64,000 bases of DNA from a virus (IMGVR_UViG_3300045902_000666:1-64000); one strand, 5' to 3'; counted from the stretch's first letter, positions 1 to 8,151 are shown. The notes: a model not told the origin generated them from the sequence alone. Translations and numbers: made by a program.

Positions 1-174
1 GAGAAAGTCTTGGTGTTGAACTGTATTTCTTGTATAAAGTGCTCCTGTTATTTCAACGAAGAGATGGTGATATGAATCAAAATTTGATTTCCAATCTCCA
101 ATCAGTTTAAGTCCGCTAGGAATCTCTTCAATATTTGCACCAAGTGCCTTTAATTCTTCTATTTCTTTTTTCAT
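1..174 (-). CDS. hypothetical protein, runs off the window edge
   Basis: ATG at 174, open frame MKKEIEELKALGAN... to position 1. Confidence 0.5.
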   Translation of the reverse strand, partial: MKKEIEELKALGANIEEIPSGLKLIGDWKSNFDSYHHLFVEITGALYTRNTVQHQDFL

Positions 175-227
175 TTGTTTAATTTTAAAATTAGTGTAAA
201 TAAAGATATAATTACCAAATTTATTTG

Positions 228-323
228 TGGGCCCGTGGAGGCTCGAACTCCAAACCTACTGATTATGAGTCAGTTGCTCTAACCACTTGAGCTACAGGCT
301 CTAACCACTTGAGCTACAGGCCC
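228..323 (-). tRNA. tRNA with CAT anticodon (Ile2/Met) containing a 22-bp internal tandem duplication
   Basis: Cloverleaf with CTCATAA loop and GTTCGAG T-loop; 276-297 equals 298-319. Confidence 0.75.
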
Positions 324-376
324 TAACTTCAAAGAACTAATCCGATAACCAACTGAGCTACGGGCTCAAATAGAAG

Positions 377-601
377 CTATTGCTTCCACTTTGTTTTTCT
401 ATTATGTTTCCAAGAACGATACATTCTTTGCTTGTATCTTTGAATTGGCTTTCTTGAATTTTTAAAACCTCTTCTGTATCTCGGATAAAAATTTACACCC
501 TCTTCCCAATAAATTGGATAGAGTTCATTTAAATAGATGATATGATAATTTCTACCACATTCTGCTTTGTCCAGTTTTGCTCTGTTTCTGTTTTTAGACA
601 T
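377..601 (-). CDS. small basic protein
   Basis: 74 aa, R/K-rich, ends RSWKHNRKTKWKQ; preceded by uORF and hairpin. Confidence 0.7.
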   Translation of the reverse strand: MSKNRNRAKLDKAECGRNYHIIYLNELYPIYWEEGVNFYPRYRRGFKNSRKPIQRYKQRMYRSWKHNRKTKWKQ

Positions 602-624
602 TTGGTTTATCTTTAGGGATTAAC

Positions 625-663
625 CTAACGACAACCTGATGAATATTTAAATGCTCTGTTCAT
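625..663 (-). promoter_or_regulatory. leader uORF MNRAFKYSSGCR with hairpin over the initiation region of 377..601
   Basis: GGTTGTCGTTAGG pairs with CCTAAAGATAAACC just before the ATG. Confidence 0.6.
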
Positions 664-776
664 TTTCTAAAAATTATACGCAAATATACAAAAAAAGTTC
701 CTAAAACAAAAAAATTTGTCCAGATGGAGGGATTTGAAAAGCGTTTTTTTGTACTATTTATAGTAAAAATGAATTT

Positions 777-1451
777 ATGAAAGCCCTTTTTTCCAAACAA
801 GAGTTCAAACAAGCTAAAGTTAATGATAAACTACCATGTGAATGTTATAATTGCAAAAAAATATTTTATGAAAGTAAAAGGCATATCAACGAATTAAAAG
901 AAAATAAAAGCTATAGAGAAATAAAATACTGTAGTAATCAATGCAGAAGTATTCACAAAAAATTTGTTATTAGTGTTGTATGTAAAAATTGTAACAATGA
1001 ATTTTTTAAAAAGCAAAAAGAAATAAGAAAAACAAAAAACCATTTTTGTTCACGTTCTTGTGCTGCAATTTACAATAATACTCACAAAGCACATGGAACA
1101 CGCAGGTCAAAATTAGAAATATATCTTGAAGAACAACTTACTCTTCTTTATCCGGGTTTGCATATTGATTACAACAAAACTGAAGCAATCAACTCCGAAT
1201 TAGATATATACATTCCATCTTTAAATCTTGCTTTTGAACTTAATGGTATCTTTCATTATGAACCAATATACGGTCAAAAGAAATTAGACCAAACACAAAA
1301 CAACGACCAACGTAAATTCCAAGCATGTATTGAAAAAAATATTTCACTCTGTATTCTTGATGTTTCTGGATTAAATTATTTCAAACCAGACAAAGCAAGT
1401 AAATTTCTCAAAATCATCACAGAAATCATTAACTCAAAGAACTGTTGTTAA
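777..1451 (+). CDS. Zn-finger plus PD-(D/E)xK (Vsr/DUF559-like) homing-type endonuclease
   Basis: CxxC/FCSxxC repeats; ELDIY..LAFELNGIFHY; NDQRK. Confidence 0.8.
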   Translation: MKALFSKQEFKQAKVNDKLPCECYNCKKIFYESKRHINELKENKSYREIKYCSNQCRSIHKKFVISVVCKNCNNEFFKKQKEIRKTKNHFCSRSCAAIYNNTHKAHGTRRSKLEIYLEEQLTLLYPGLHIDYNKTEAINSELDIYIPSLNLAFELNGIFHYEPIYGQKKLDQTQNNDQRKFQACIEKNISLCILDVSGLNYFKPDKASKFLKIITEIINSKNCC

Positions 1452-1517
1452 TCTTTTGGTCACCTTAAGTTTGGTGTTCAGTTGCCACTACGTGAAAGTA
1501 GATTAACATCGGCAACC
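1446..1517 (-). ncRNA. HDV-like (theta-type) self-cleaving ribozyme at the tRNA 3' end
   Basis: P1 GGTTGCC/GGCAACT with G.U first pair, P2 TGTTAATCT/AGATTAACA, P3 ACT/AGT, L3 TTCACGT, P1.1 TC/GA, P4 CACC/GGTG, J4/2 ACCAAA. Confidence 0.8.
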
Positions 1518-1590
1518 TCCAGATGGAGGGATTTGAACCCCCGACCTTGATGATATAAGCATCCTGCTCCAACCATTGAGCTACATCTGG
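1518..1590 (-). tRNA. tRNA-Ile(TAT)
   Basis: CCAGATG/CATCTGG acceptor, GATG-CTTATAT-CATC anticodon arm, A73. Confidence 0.85.
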
Positions 1591-2001
1591 TTATAAATTT
1601 TTTTTTAAATATTCAATTGCATTTTTCATATTTTCAATATTATCATCAAAAAAACCTAAACCTCTATTGCATTTATCACACAATAAACCTCTAACTTTTT
1701 TTGTATCATGATTATGGTCTACACATGCTCTAATTTTTTTAAAACTTTTATTACAAATTCCACATTTATTATTCTGTACAGTAAAAAGTTTTAAATATTC
1801 AGATTCGTTTAATCCATATTTATGTTTTTTTTGATTTATTTTATTTAAATACTTTTCATCTTTTTTATTTTTCAGTCTAAATTCTTTATAACATTTATCA
1901 CTACAGAATTTTGCGCCACCAGCTCTAACTTTTATAGCTAATGCTTCAAAATTTTCAGAACAGTTTTTACAAATTTGTTGTACCTTTTTTCCTCGTCTCA
2001 T
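1591..2001 (-). CDS. endonuclease VII-like HNH endonuclease
   Basis: CGIC..VDHNH..VRGLLCDKCNRGLG motif. Confidence 0.85.
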   Translation of the reverse strand: MRRGKKVQQICKNCSENFEALAIKVRAGGAKFCSDKCYKEFRLKNKKDEKYLNKINQKKHKYGLNESEYLKLFTVQNNKCGICNKSFKKIRACVDHNHDTKKVRGLLCDKCNRGLGFFDDNIENMKNAIEYLKKNL

Positions 2002-2062
2002 GTTTTTTATTATAAATATAATAAAAAAACTTTAAATTATAAGAGTGAGGGGATACATGCCG

Positions 2063-2728
2063 TTATTTAAACTCTGAAATCAAAGAATAATCTTTATTTA
2101 ATTCTTCAATTAATGCTTTTTCACCTAATCTTTCTTTTAACTTTCTTAACCACTCGTTTGTTTTTACTTTTACAATCCACACATCTCTTTTACCATCCTG
2201 ACTTACTCCTTTACACATCACGCCTTCTTTTAAATTATATTTTCCTTCTTTCACATCATTAATAAATTCAGGAGTTAAAGGCCCTTCATAAATTATTTTT
2301 GGTATATGTAAGTTTCCAAAATCTTTTACAAACTGTTTAGGTTCTATGAAACTTCCATTTGTATAATCTCCCGGAGCAACATCAAAAAGAACCAAATCCA
2401 TTTTATCTCCTTCTTGATGTTTTCCAGAAAAAGAATTTTCCCCAACCCATTCAAAGAACGCTACAAAATTTTTTGTGTTTCTGTAATTTTTATTTTTTGA
2501 AAAAATCTCTTCTAAAGCTTCAGCATACTTTTCTTTAAACATTGGAATCACTTGTCCAAATTGTGAATTCTTTTCATCAAACATTGAAGTCCTGGAACCA
2601 AACTTATGCCAGCCTTTATTTTTTGACCATTCTATACGAATGTTCTGACCATCCAATTTATCAAAAGCAATAACCTTAGCATCCAGAATGCCTTTATTCC
2701 AATATTCGATATGCGGATATGCTTTCAT
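2063..2728 (-). CDS. ATP-dependent RNA ligase (nucleotidyltransferase domain)
   Basis: Motif I KLDGQN, FFEW, LFDV, EGVMCK, VKVK. Confidence 0.75.
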   Translation of the reverse strand: MKAYPHIEYWNKGILDAKVIAFDKLDGQNIRIEWSKNKGWHKFGSRTSMFDEKNSQFGQVIPMFKEKYAEALEEIFSKNKNYRNTKNFVAFFEWVGENSFSGKHQEGDKMDLVLFDVAPGDYTNGSFIEPKQFVKDFGNLHIPKIIYEGPLTPEFINDVKEGKYNLKEGVMCKGVSQDGKRDVWIVKVKTNEWLRKLKERLGEKALIEELNKDYSLISEFK

Positions 2729-2741
2729 AATTTTTCATTTG

Positions 2742-2823
2742 TCGTCATGGAGGGACTCGAACCCACGTTTTCAACTCACCAACTACAGGTATACATCTTA
2801 TCAGGATGCACTGGTACATGACG
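2742..2823 (-). tRNA. non-canonical tRNA-like RNA, GAT anticodon, no D arm, long variable region
   Basis: Acceptor CGTCATG/CATGACG, CTGATAA loop and T arm intact; only TACCAG where the D arm should be. Confidence 0.65.
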
Positions 2824-2910
2824 TTATATCCTATTAACTCTTCCTTGAGCCTTATTACTTATGGCAGGTTGACAGAACTTCGGATAACCACCTCGTGGTT
2901 GTTCAGTTAG

Positions 2911-2985
2911 TAGTCTCGAAAGGATTTGAACCTTCGACCCCAACATTATCAGTGTTGTGCTCTAACCAGGCTGAGCTACGAGACT
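2911..2985 (-). tRNA. tRNA-Ile(GAT)
   Basis: Canonical cloverleaf, CTGATAA loop. Confidence 0.9.
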
Positions 2986-3050
2986 ATGAAAGGGAGAAAT
3001 TTAATAAAGTATCTAGAATTTATTAAACTCTTTTTTGTATACCGCCCCTC

Positions 3051-3311
3051 TTACGGTTTTTCAATTTGTGAAAGAACTATATTTCTTAAACCTTCTACGC
3101 TCCAATCTTGTACTTTTGTTTGTGTGAAGATTCTATAAGTTTCATTTGGATTTACTGGGAAAGCAGTTATACACACACTTCCTAATCTGGTATAGTTAAT
3201 CCAAACTCTTCTAAATCTATCACTCAAAGAAGCTTCTAACTCTCTTTGAAGTTGTCTCCAATTTATTGAATCTAAGCTTACGTTCATTTTTTCAATTTTT
3301 GTTTTTTCCAA
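3051..3311 (-). CDS. hypothetical protein
   Basis: 86-aa ORF overlapping the upstream gene end. Confidence 0.55.
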   Translation of the reverse strand: MEKTKIEKMNVSLDSINWRQLQRELEASLSDRFRRVWINYTRLGSVCITAFPVNPNETYRIFTQTKVQDWSVEGLRNIVLSQIEKP

Positions 3312-3784
3312 TTACCGTTTTCATCTTTCTTAAAAAATTGAACTAATTCTTTTGGTACATCTATAAACTTTTCTGTGTATTCTGGGGAGTCATATAATCT
3401 GTTTGCCAGTGTACACAAAATATCTACAGGTGCATCAGAAAATTTATTTATATCGCTCATCTTTATTATACCAACTTCCGAATAATTTTCTCCCCAAACA
3501 AAATAAAAATCACATTGAGAATTTTTCTTTCGTATTGGTATATGAACTGTTGGGAAATGGTCTTTTATTTTTTTAAAATTCCCACGATATTCATTTTCCA
3601 CAGCTATTATATGATTTGTCTTATTATTTTTAAATCTCAAATCATATTTTTTATAGTGCTCTTCATTTATATCACCAATTAATTCATAACCCTTGGTTAA
3701 CATCAAAGCGATTGAAGCTTTTTTTGAATCCATATCGCATTCATCATAAAGCTTCGGAATAAATTTTCTCTTAACTTCTGCCAT
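3284..3784 (-). CDS. putative PD-(D/E)xK nuclease-fold protein
   Basis: YDL....IAVENE pattern. Confidence 0.5.
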   Translation of the reverse strand: MAEVKRKFIPKLYDECDMDSKKASIALMLTKGYELIGDINEEHYKKYDLRFKNNKTNHIIAVENEYRGNFKKIKDHFPTVHIPIRKKNSQCDFYFVWGENYSEVGIIKMSDINKFSDAPVDILCTLANRLYDSPEYTEKFIDVPKELVQFFKKDENGNWKKQKLKK

Positions 3785-3851
3785 AATTTTTTTTTACAAA
3801 AATAATGGTTTATTTAAGTTAAATCAAATCAATTTTTCAAAGAACAATTTG

Positions 3852-3925
3852 TGACCCCGGTGGGGCTCGAACCCACGACCCTCAGATTAAAAGTCTGATG
3901 CTACCACCAACTGAGCTACGGAGTC
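3852..3925 (-). tRNA. tRNA-Lys(TTT)
   Basis: Canonical, CTTTTAA loop. Confidence 0.9.
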
Positions 3926-3933
3926 AGTTTTTG

Positions 3934-4023
3934 TGCACCTAGAGGGATTCGAACCCACGATGGAAGGAAGACCTTCTTCAGATTAAAAGTCTGATGCTTT
4001 CGGCCAGCTAAGCGAATAGGTGC
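3934..4023 (-). tRNA. tRNA-Lys(TTT) with long variable arm
   Basis: CTTTTAA loop; GAAGG-TCTT-CCTTC extra arm. Confidence 0.8.
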
Positions 4024-4034
4024 TTTATATGTTG

Positions 4035-4109
4035 TGCATCCGATGGGAATCGAACCCATTTTTATTCTGATTAAAAGTCAGGAGCAAAACCAAATTTTGC
4101 TACGAATGC
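4035..4109 (-). tRNA. tRNA-Lys(TTT)
   Basis: CTTTTAA loop, GTTCGATTC T-loop. Confidence 0.8.
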
Positions 4110-4121
4110 ATATTTAATTTG

Positions 4122-4193
4122 TGCACCTGACTGGACTCGAACCAGCAACCTTTCGCTTAAGAGGCGATAGCTCCACCATTGAGCTACAAGTGC
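4122..4193 (-). tRNA. tRNA-Lys(CTT)
   Basis: CTCTTAA loop. Confidence 0.9.
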
Positions 4194-4458
4194 ATGACAT
4201 TATCATCAGGGCTTGTGTCTCAATAGTGAACAAACCCCTTATCGTTTCTTCTTACGTTTATATTTCATTTTCATTTTCATATTTTTTCTTTTTCTTTCTT
4301 ATTCTTTTTTTGTTATTGTATACTGCCGAACAGCTTCTACAACAAAATTCATTTCTTTTATCACCGCTGGTGATTTTTTTTTTACACTCTTTACAGTTTT
4401 TCATAATTTCAACCTTATTTTTAATAATAAAAAGGTTGAAATTTCATAAACCATTTAG

Positions 4459-4530
4459 AGCTCTCTCCCAGAATCGAACTGAGTTCTCAGGTTTACAAAA
4501 CCCGTGCATCACCACTTATGCTTAGAGAGC
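4459..4530 (-). tRNA. tRNA-Thr(TGT)
   Basis: TTTGTAA loop. Confidence 0.85.
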
Positions 4531-4544
4531 AATTTTATTATATG

Positions 4545-4629
4545 AGCCTAGTGAGGGATTCGAACCCCCGATGCGGTTACCCATCTTGATTACAAGTCAA
4601 GTGCAATCGACCAACTATGCGAACTAGGC
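4545..4629 (-). tRNA. tRNA-Thr(TGT) with long variable arm
   Basis: CTTGTAA loop; extended variable region. Confidence 0.8.
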
Positions 4630-4652
4630 ATTTATTTTAAAGAACTATTTTG

Positions 4653-4725
4653 AGCCGATAGTGAGAATTGAACTCACGACCTCTTCCTTACCAAGGAAGT
4701 GCAACTGCCACTGTGCTACATCGGC
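4653..4725 (-). tRNA. tRNA-Thr(GGT)
   Basis: TTGGTAA loop. Confidence 0.9.
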
Positions 4726-4730
4726 ATTTG

Positions 4731-4802
4731 AGCCTGGTACCAGAATCTAACTGGTTTCTCATCTTTACGAAAGATGTGCATCACCACTCATGCTTACTAG
4801 GC
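4731..4802 (-). tRNA. tRNA-Thr(CGT)
   Basis: TTCGTAA loop; T-loop variant TTAGATT. Confidence 0.75.
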
Positions 4803-4815
4803 ATCTTTGCCCTTG

Positions 4816-4887
4816 GGTGTTGGTGGGACTCGAACCCTATCATCTGCCTTCACAGGGCAGTGCTCTTCCCGATGAGCTACAAACACC
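4816..4887 (-). tRNA. tRNA-His(GTG)
   Basis: CTGTGAA loop, G-1:C73. Confidence 0.85.
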
Positions 4888-4997
4888 ATATTTGCCTGTT
4901 CCAGTTTCCAGTTATAGGACTTTGGCCAGAGTTTTCTGCTGAGGAGCCAATCTGAATCGACTGACCAGGATGTGTGAACATCCAAACTCATAGGCAT

Positions 4998-5648
4998 TTA
5001 AACCATTTTTCTTCCTTTATTCCATCCTTGCTTAGTAAACAATTCTAATTCTTCTTTTTTTATTTTTTTATTAATTCCATTTTTTGTAATCCAGCAAGTT
5101 CCAAATTGAGAATTTTCACTACCCATACCTGCTCCTTTTTTTGAGTTGCTTATTTTATTTTTAGTTTCGTCATTATGTTTTTTATCAGACCAATCATAAA
5201 AATATTTTTTCTCTCTTTTTCCATCATTGTATGCCTCAATTAATTTTTCTCTAATTTTACTTCCTTTTTTTTCAATCCATCCTGGCTCATTCTCTTTTAA
5301 AAATTTTTGCTTTCTATTAGACTTTTCAGCATTTAATTTTTGTTGTTCTGTAGAAAATCCGCCTGTACCTCCGACTTTAAGGTTCATACAATTTTCTTTT
5401 GCAACTTCATTTAAGTTTACAATTTCCTCTTCTCTTTTTTTAAGCTCTTCTCTTGAGTTTAAAAATTCCAAAATTTCTCTTTTATGGTTTTCAGCACCAT
5501 ACTTATTCAAAGAACGTCTTAATCTTTTACCTGAACCCATATACCCATCTTCTAGGTTATCGGTTGAGTGCATTCCAATATAATACTTACCACTCAGTAA
5601 GTTTGTCGTTTTGTAAATGAAGTGATACTTCTTTTCTTTTCTTGCCAT
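4998..5648 (-). CDS. GIY-YIG homing endonuclease (Seg-like)
   Basis: FIYKTTN..YYIGMH..YMGSG; NUMOD3-like tail. Confidence 0.85.
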   Translation of the reverse strand: MARKEKKYHFIYKTTNLLSGKYYIGMHSTDNLEDGYMGSGKRLRRSLNKYGAENHKREILEFLNSREELKKREEEIVNLNEVAKENCMNLKVGGTGGFSTEQQKLNAEKSNRKQKFLKENEPGWIEKKGSKIREKLIEAYNDGKREKKYFYDWSDKKHNDETKNKISNSKKGAGMGSENSQFGTCWITKNGINKKIKKEELELFTKQGWNKGRKMV

Positions 5649-5698
5649 AATATCTTTTTAAGATAAATATGTAAAAAAGTACAAAAACGACCCTCCAG

Positions 5699-5777
5699 GG
5701 TGTTATACCAGATTCGAACTGGCGTGTTCCTTGTTTCACAGACAAGTTCCGAAGCACCGACACGGATTCATAACACC
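5699..5777 (-). tRNA. tRNA-His(GTG), atypical D arm
   Basis: CTGTGAA loop, G-1:C73, GTTCGAATC. Confidence 0.75.
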
Positions 5778-5781
5778 ATAT

Positions 5782-5930
5782 TTGCAGGGATATTTGAAGA
5801 GAAATTTTTTTAGCGCTCTAACCAACTGAGCTACGGAGTCCATAATTTTTTTTATTGGGACCTCCGATGGGACTCGAACCCACGACCTCTCGTTTAACAG
5901 ACGATGAACTTCTTTATCTTGCCACTGCAA
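5782..5930 (-). ncRNA. Y-RNA (YrlA)-like RNA with permuted tRNA domain (Asn-like)
   Basis: Paired ends TTGCAG/CTGCAA; order is T arm, 3' acceptor, loop, 5' acceptor, D arm; motifs AGTGGCAAG and TATCCCTG. Confidence 0.65.
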
Positions 5931-6049
5931 TTTTTTTCAATATTTCAAACTCAAAGAACAATTTTTTTGCCCATCAGGTTGGATTCGAACCAACTTCTTC
6001 CTTCCGAAAAATATGTAGCTACAACATATTCTTCTAACGAAGAGGTTTG

Positions 6050-6139
6050 CGGGGGAGGTAGGACTCGAACCTACTTTATTTCAATATTTTCAGTCACTGC
6101 TTAACAGGCAGCCGCTAAAACCGCTTCAGCTACACCCCC
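6050..6139 (-). tRNA. tRNA-Asn(GTT) with long variable region
   Basis: CTGC-CTGTTAA-GCAG arm, ~22-nt variable region. Confidence 0.7.
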
Positions 6140-6142
6140 AAA

Positions 6143-6709
6143 TTATATTAGACCTCCATGTATTTCTCTATGACAATTTGCACAAACTAAAATACACTTA
6201 TCTAATTCTTTTTTTACCGCTTTCCAAGACCTACAATGTCCTTTTTGCGATAATGAAAAATCTTTTTTATTAGGGTCCAAATGATGAAATTCCATTGCGC
6301 CAACATATTTATTGTAACCGCATTTTTCACATTTTCCTCCCTTATATTCAATAGCAAGTTCTTTTATTTTTTTTCTCCTCTTTTGAACCGCCTGGACTGC
6401 TTTTGTCTTTCGGTCTGCCTCACTTAATTCTATCCTTTTTTTTCCTGCGTACTTTTTTACAGTAGAAAAGGATATGTTAAATTTAGAGGCCGTTTCTTCG
6501 AGAGAATGCTCTTTGTAATATATTGTAATTTCTTCTTTCATTTTGTCAGTTATATCAACTGTTTTTGATAAACCGATTTCTGTCAAATTGTTTTTTTGAC
6601 AATGATAAGAAATCACAGCAATACTACATTGCAATAAACTTGCTATCTCTTTATAAGATTTTCCTTTTAATCTTAATTTTACTATTTGATTTTTTAAACT
6701 CTCAGCCAT
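6143..6709 (-). CDS. HTH plus HNH homing endonuclease
   Basis: CEKCGY..MEFHH..CILVCANCHREIH. Confidence 0.85.
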   Translation of the reverse strand: MAESLKNQIVKLRLKGKSYKEIASLLQCSIAVISYHCQKNNLTEIGLSKTVDITDKMKEEITIYYKEHSLEETASKFNISFSTVKKYAGKKRIELSEADRKTKAVQAVQKRRKKIKELAIEYKGGKCEKCGYNKYVGAMEFHHLDPNKKDFSLSQKGHCRSWKAVKKELDKCILVCANCHREIHGGLI

Positions 6710-6776
6710 ATTATTAATGTTTTATGTTAATAAATATGTTGAAATTTCAAATAATCTAATTTCAAAGAACATTTAG

Positions 6777-6848
6777 CGGACCCACCTGGATTCGAACCAG
6801 GAAACACAGATTAACAGTCTGCAGTGATAACCGTTTCACCATAGGTCC
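6777..6848 (-). tRNA. tRNA-Asn(GTT)
   Basis: Canonical, CTGTTAA loop. Confidence 0.9.
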
Positions 6849-6856
6849 ATAAAAAT

Positions 6857-6923
6857 AGGGATAATCGAACAAGAGTGTTATTTTTGCTTAAAAGGCGAAG
6901 TAACCCTTTTTATCTTGCCACTG
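6857..6923 (-). ncRNA. minimal member of the AGTGGCAAG..GTTACTTCG..TATCCCT RNA family
   Basis: Same end motifs as 5782-5930 with no tRNA domain; GC-CTTTTAA-GC mini hairpin. Confidence 0.55.
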
Positions 6924-6938
6924 AAATTTTTTTCAACA

Positions 6939-7220
6939 TTAATTTTTATCAAAGAACTCTTTTATTAGCTCATCCAAATCTCTCTTAAGGTTTTGTCTCA
7001 TTCCTTTTTTTAGAGAACGATTTGCATTTCTCACTTCTTCTTTTTTACTTCTTTTTTTTACGGAGTGTTGAATTTCTGTTGAGTCATTCAGCATCCATTT
7101 CGCTTCTCCGTTTCTTGAATAAGGAGTCATTTTTTTATACTTCTTATCCTTTTTGATGATAGCCCCTTTTTCATTTTTTAAAGGCTTTTCATCTTTTTTC
7201 TTTTTATAACTTTTACTCAT
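6939..7220 (-). CDS. small basic protein, first gene after attenuator 1
   Basis: ATG at 7220 (MSKSYKKK), K/R-rich. Confidence 0.65.
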   Translation of the reverse strand: MSKSYKKKKDEKPLKNEKGAIIKKDKKYKKMTPYSRNGEAKWMLNDSTEIQHSVKKRSKKEEVRNANRSLKKGMRQNLKRDLDELIKEFFDKN

Positions 7221-7245
7221 AAATTTTAAACTAACAGGACCAATA

Positions 7246-7282
7246 GAAAACAAGAAGGCCCGACTATTTCTAATCGGGCCTT
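7246..7282 (-). terminator. attenuator terminator of tRNA operon 1
   Basis: AAGGCCCGA/TCGGGCCTT stem then CTTGTTTTCT. Confidence 0.75.
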
Positions 7283-7321
7283 GGTATATCTTATTGGCTT
7301 ATTTAGTCTATTCTATGAGCC

Positions 7322-7426
7322 TCATGATTTGTTACCTACATACCCGAATTCCACAACGTGTTTATTAATATTCGTATTGAATATCGTTGTGTTTTTATTA
7401 ATGGTATGTTTTTTAGTTACAAACAT
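7322..7426 (-). CDS. leader peptide 1, MFVTKKHTINKNTTIFNTNINKHVVEFGYVGNKS
   Basis: Lies between promoter and terminator; 19 of codons 4-23 are T/K/H/I/N. Confidence 0.8.
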   Translation of the reverse strand: MFVTKKHTINKNTTIFNTNINKHVVEFGYVGNKS

Positions 7427-7450
7427 GATTTCTCTTTTTTTCTTTTATTC

Positions 7451-7510
7451 TAAATAGTTAAAAATTTTCTTTTTCGTGAACAATTGTACGCAAAGATATG
7501 AAAAAGGTTC
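7451..7510 (-). promoter_or_regulatory. promoter block of tRNA operon 1
   Basis: GAAC-N16-CGTACAA, TATCTTTG and CTATTTA; 7451-7494 matches 30953-30996 at 43 of 44 nt. Confidence 0.75.
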
Positions 7511-7580
7511 TGTTAAATGCAAGAAAAAAGTGAATTTTTTTTTATTTTCTTTATAAATCGCTGAAAATTAGAGTTTTATT

Positions 7581-8151
7581 TTACCAATTCATCCAATAAA
7601 AATCTTCAGCCTCATCATCATCTAATATAAATCCGAAGTACTTTTCTCTTTTTACAGTAGTTTCAATTACTTTGTTTTTTCCCGGAAGATATACCCAAGT
7701 ATGTTGTCTCCAAGTTTTGTCATCTGGTGATAATGCCCATCCAGTAACAATTTTCACCTCATCCGTTCCATGTTCATCAGAGTAGTTCTTCCAAAAACAA
7801 GAAGAGTTGGTATGACACTTACTATCTCTCATTTTTACAACTTGAGATTTTTTCCCATCAAACACTTGGCCTCTCGTTAATATTTTCTCTATGTCTTCTT
7901 CAAATGTTTCTGCTACTTTTTCACCACCCAAAGATAATAATTTTTCTTTTAACTTATCAAAACCTTTTTGAGATTCTTCGTTTATTTCCGCTTTTTTAAC
8001 ATACCAGCCAGATTCTTTTCTCAATAAAACCATAGAGCCAGAGCGTGGCTTTTCTATATATATTTTCCAAATATCTTCTTGATTTTTATAATTTTTTATA
8101 AGTTTCTTTACTTCTTCAATATCAGATGTAGAAACTGTTGAAATATATTTA
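7581..8151 (-). pseudogene. 5'-truncated gene abutting the IS1595 left end
   Basis: ORF-track N-terminus comes from inside the IS; remainder has CHxN..GWAL..W.QHTW. Confidence 0.5.

Noticed and set aside
2824-2910. Second ribozyme after tRNA-Ile(GAT)
   Set aside because: An ACC-ACCTCGT-GGT hairpin is present but on the wrong strand, and I could not build P1/P2 or a hammerhead core.
4200-4250. Hammerhead ribozyme suggested by CTGATGA and GAAAC
   Set aside because: Stems I-III cannot be formed in the required order.
5969-6046. tRNA genes at 5969-6000 and 29931-29957
   Set aside because: Only the T arm and 3' acceptor strand are present, so these are fragments.
4121-6104. Plus-strand ORF-track entries over tRNA clusters (also 26776, 29652, 30320, 53434 and similar)
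   Set aside because: They are antisense translations of tRNA genes or shadows of real minus-strand genes.
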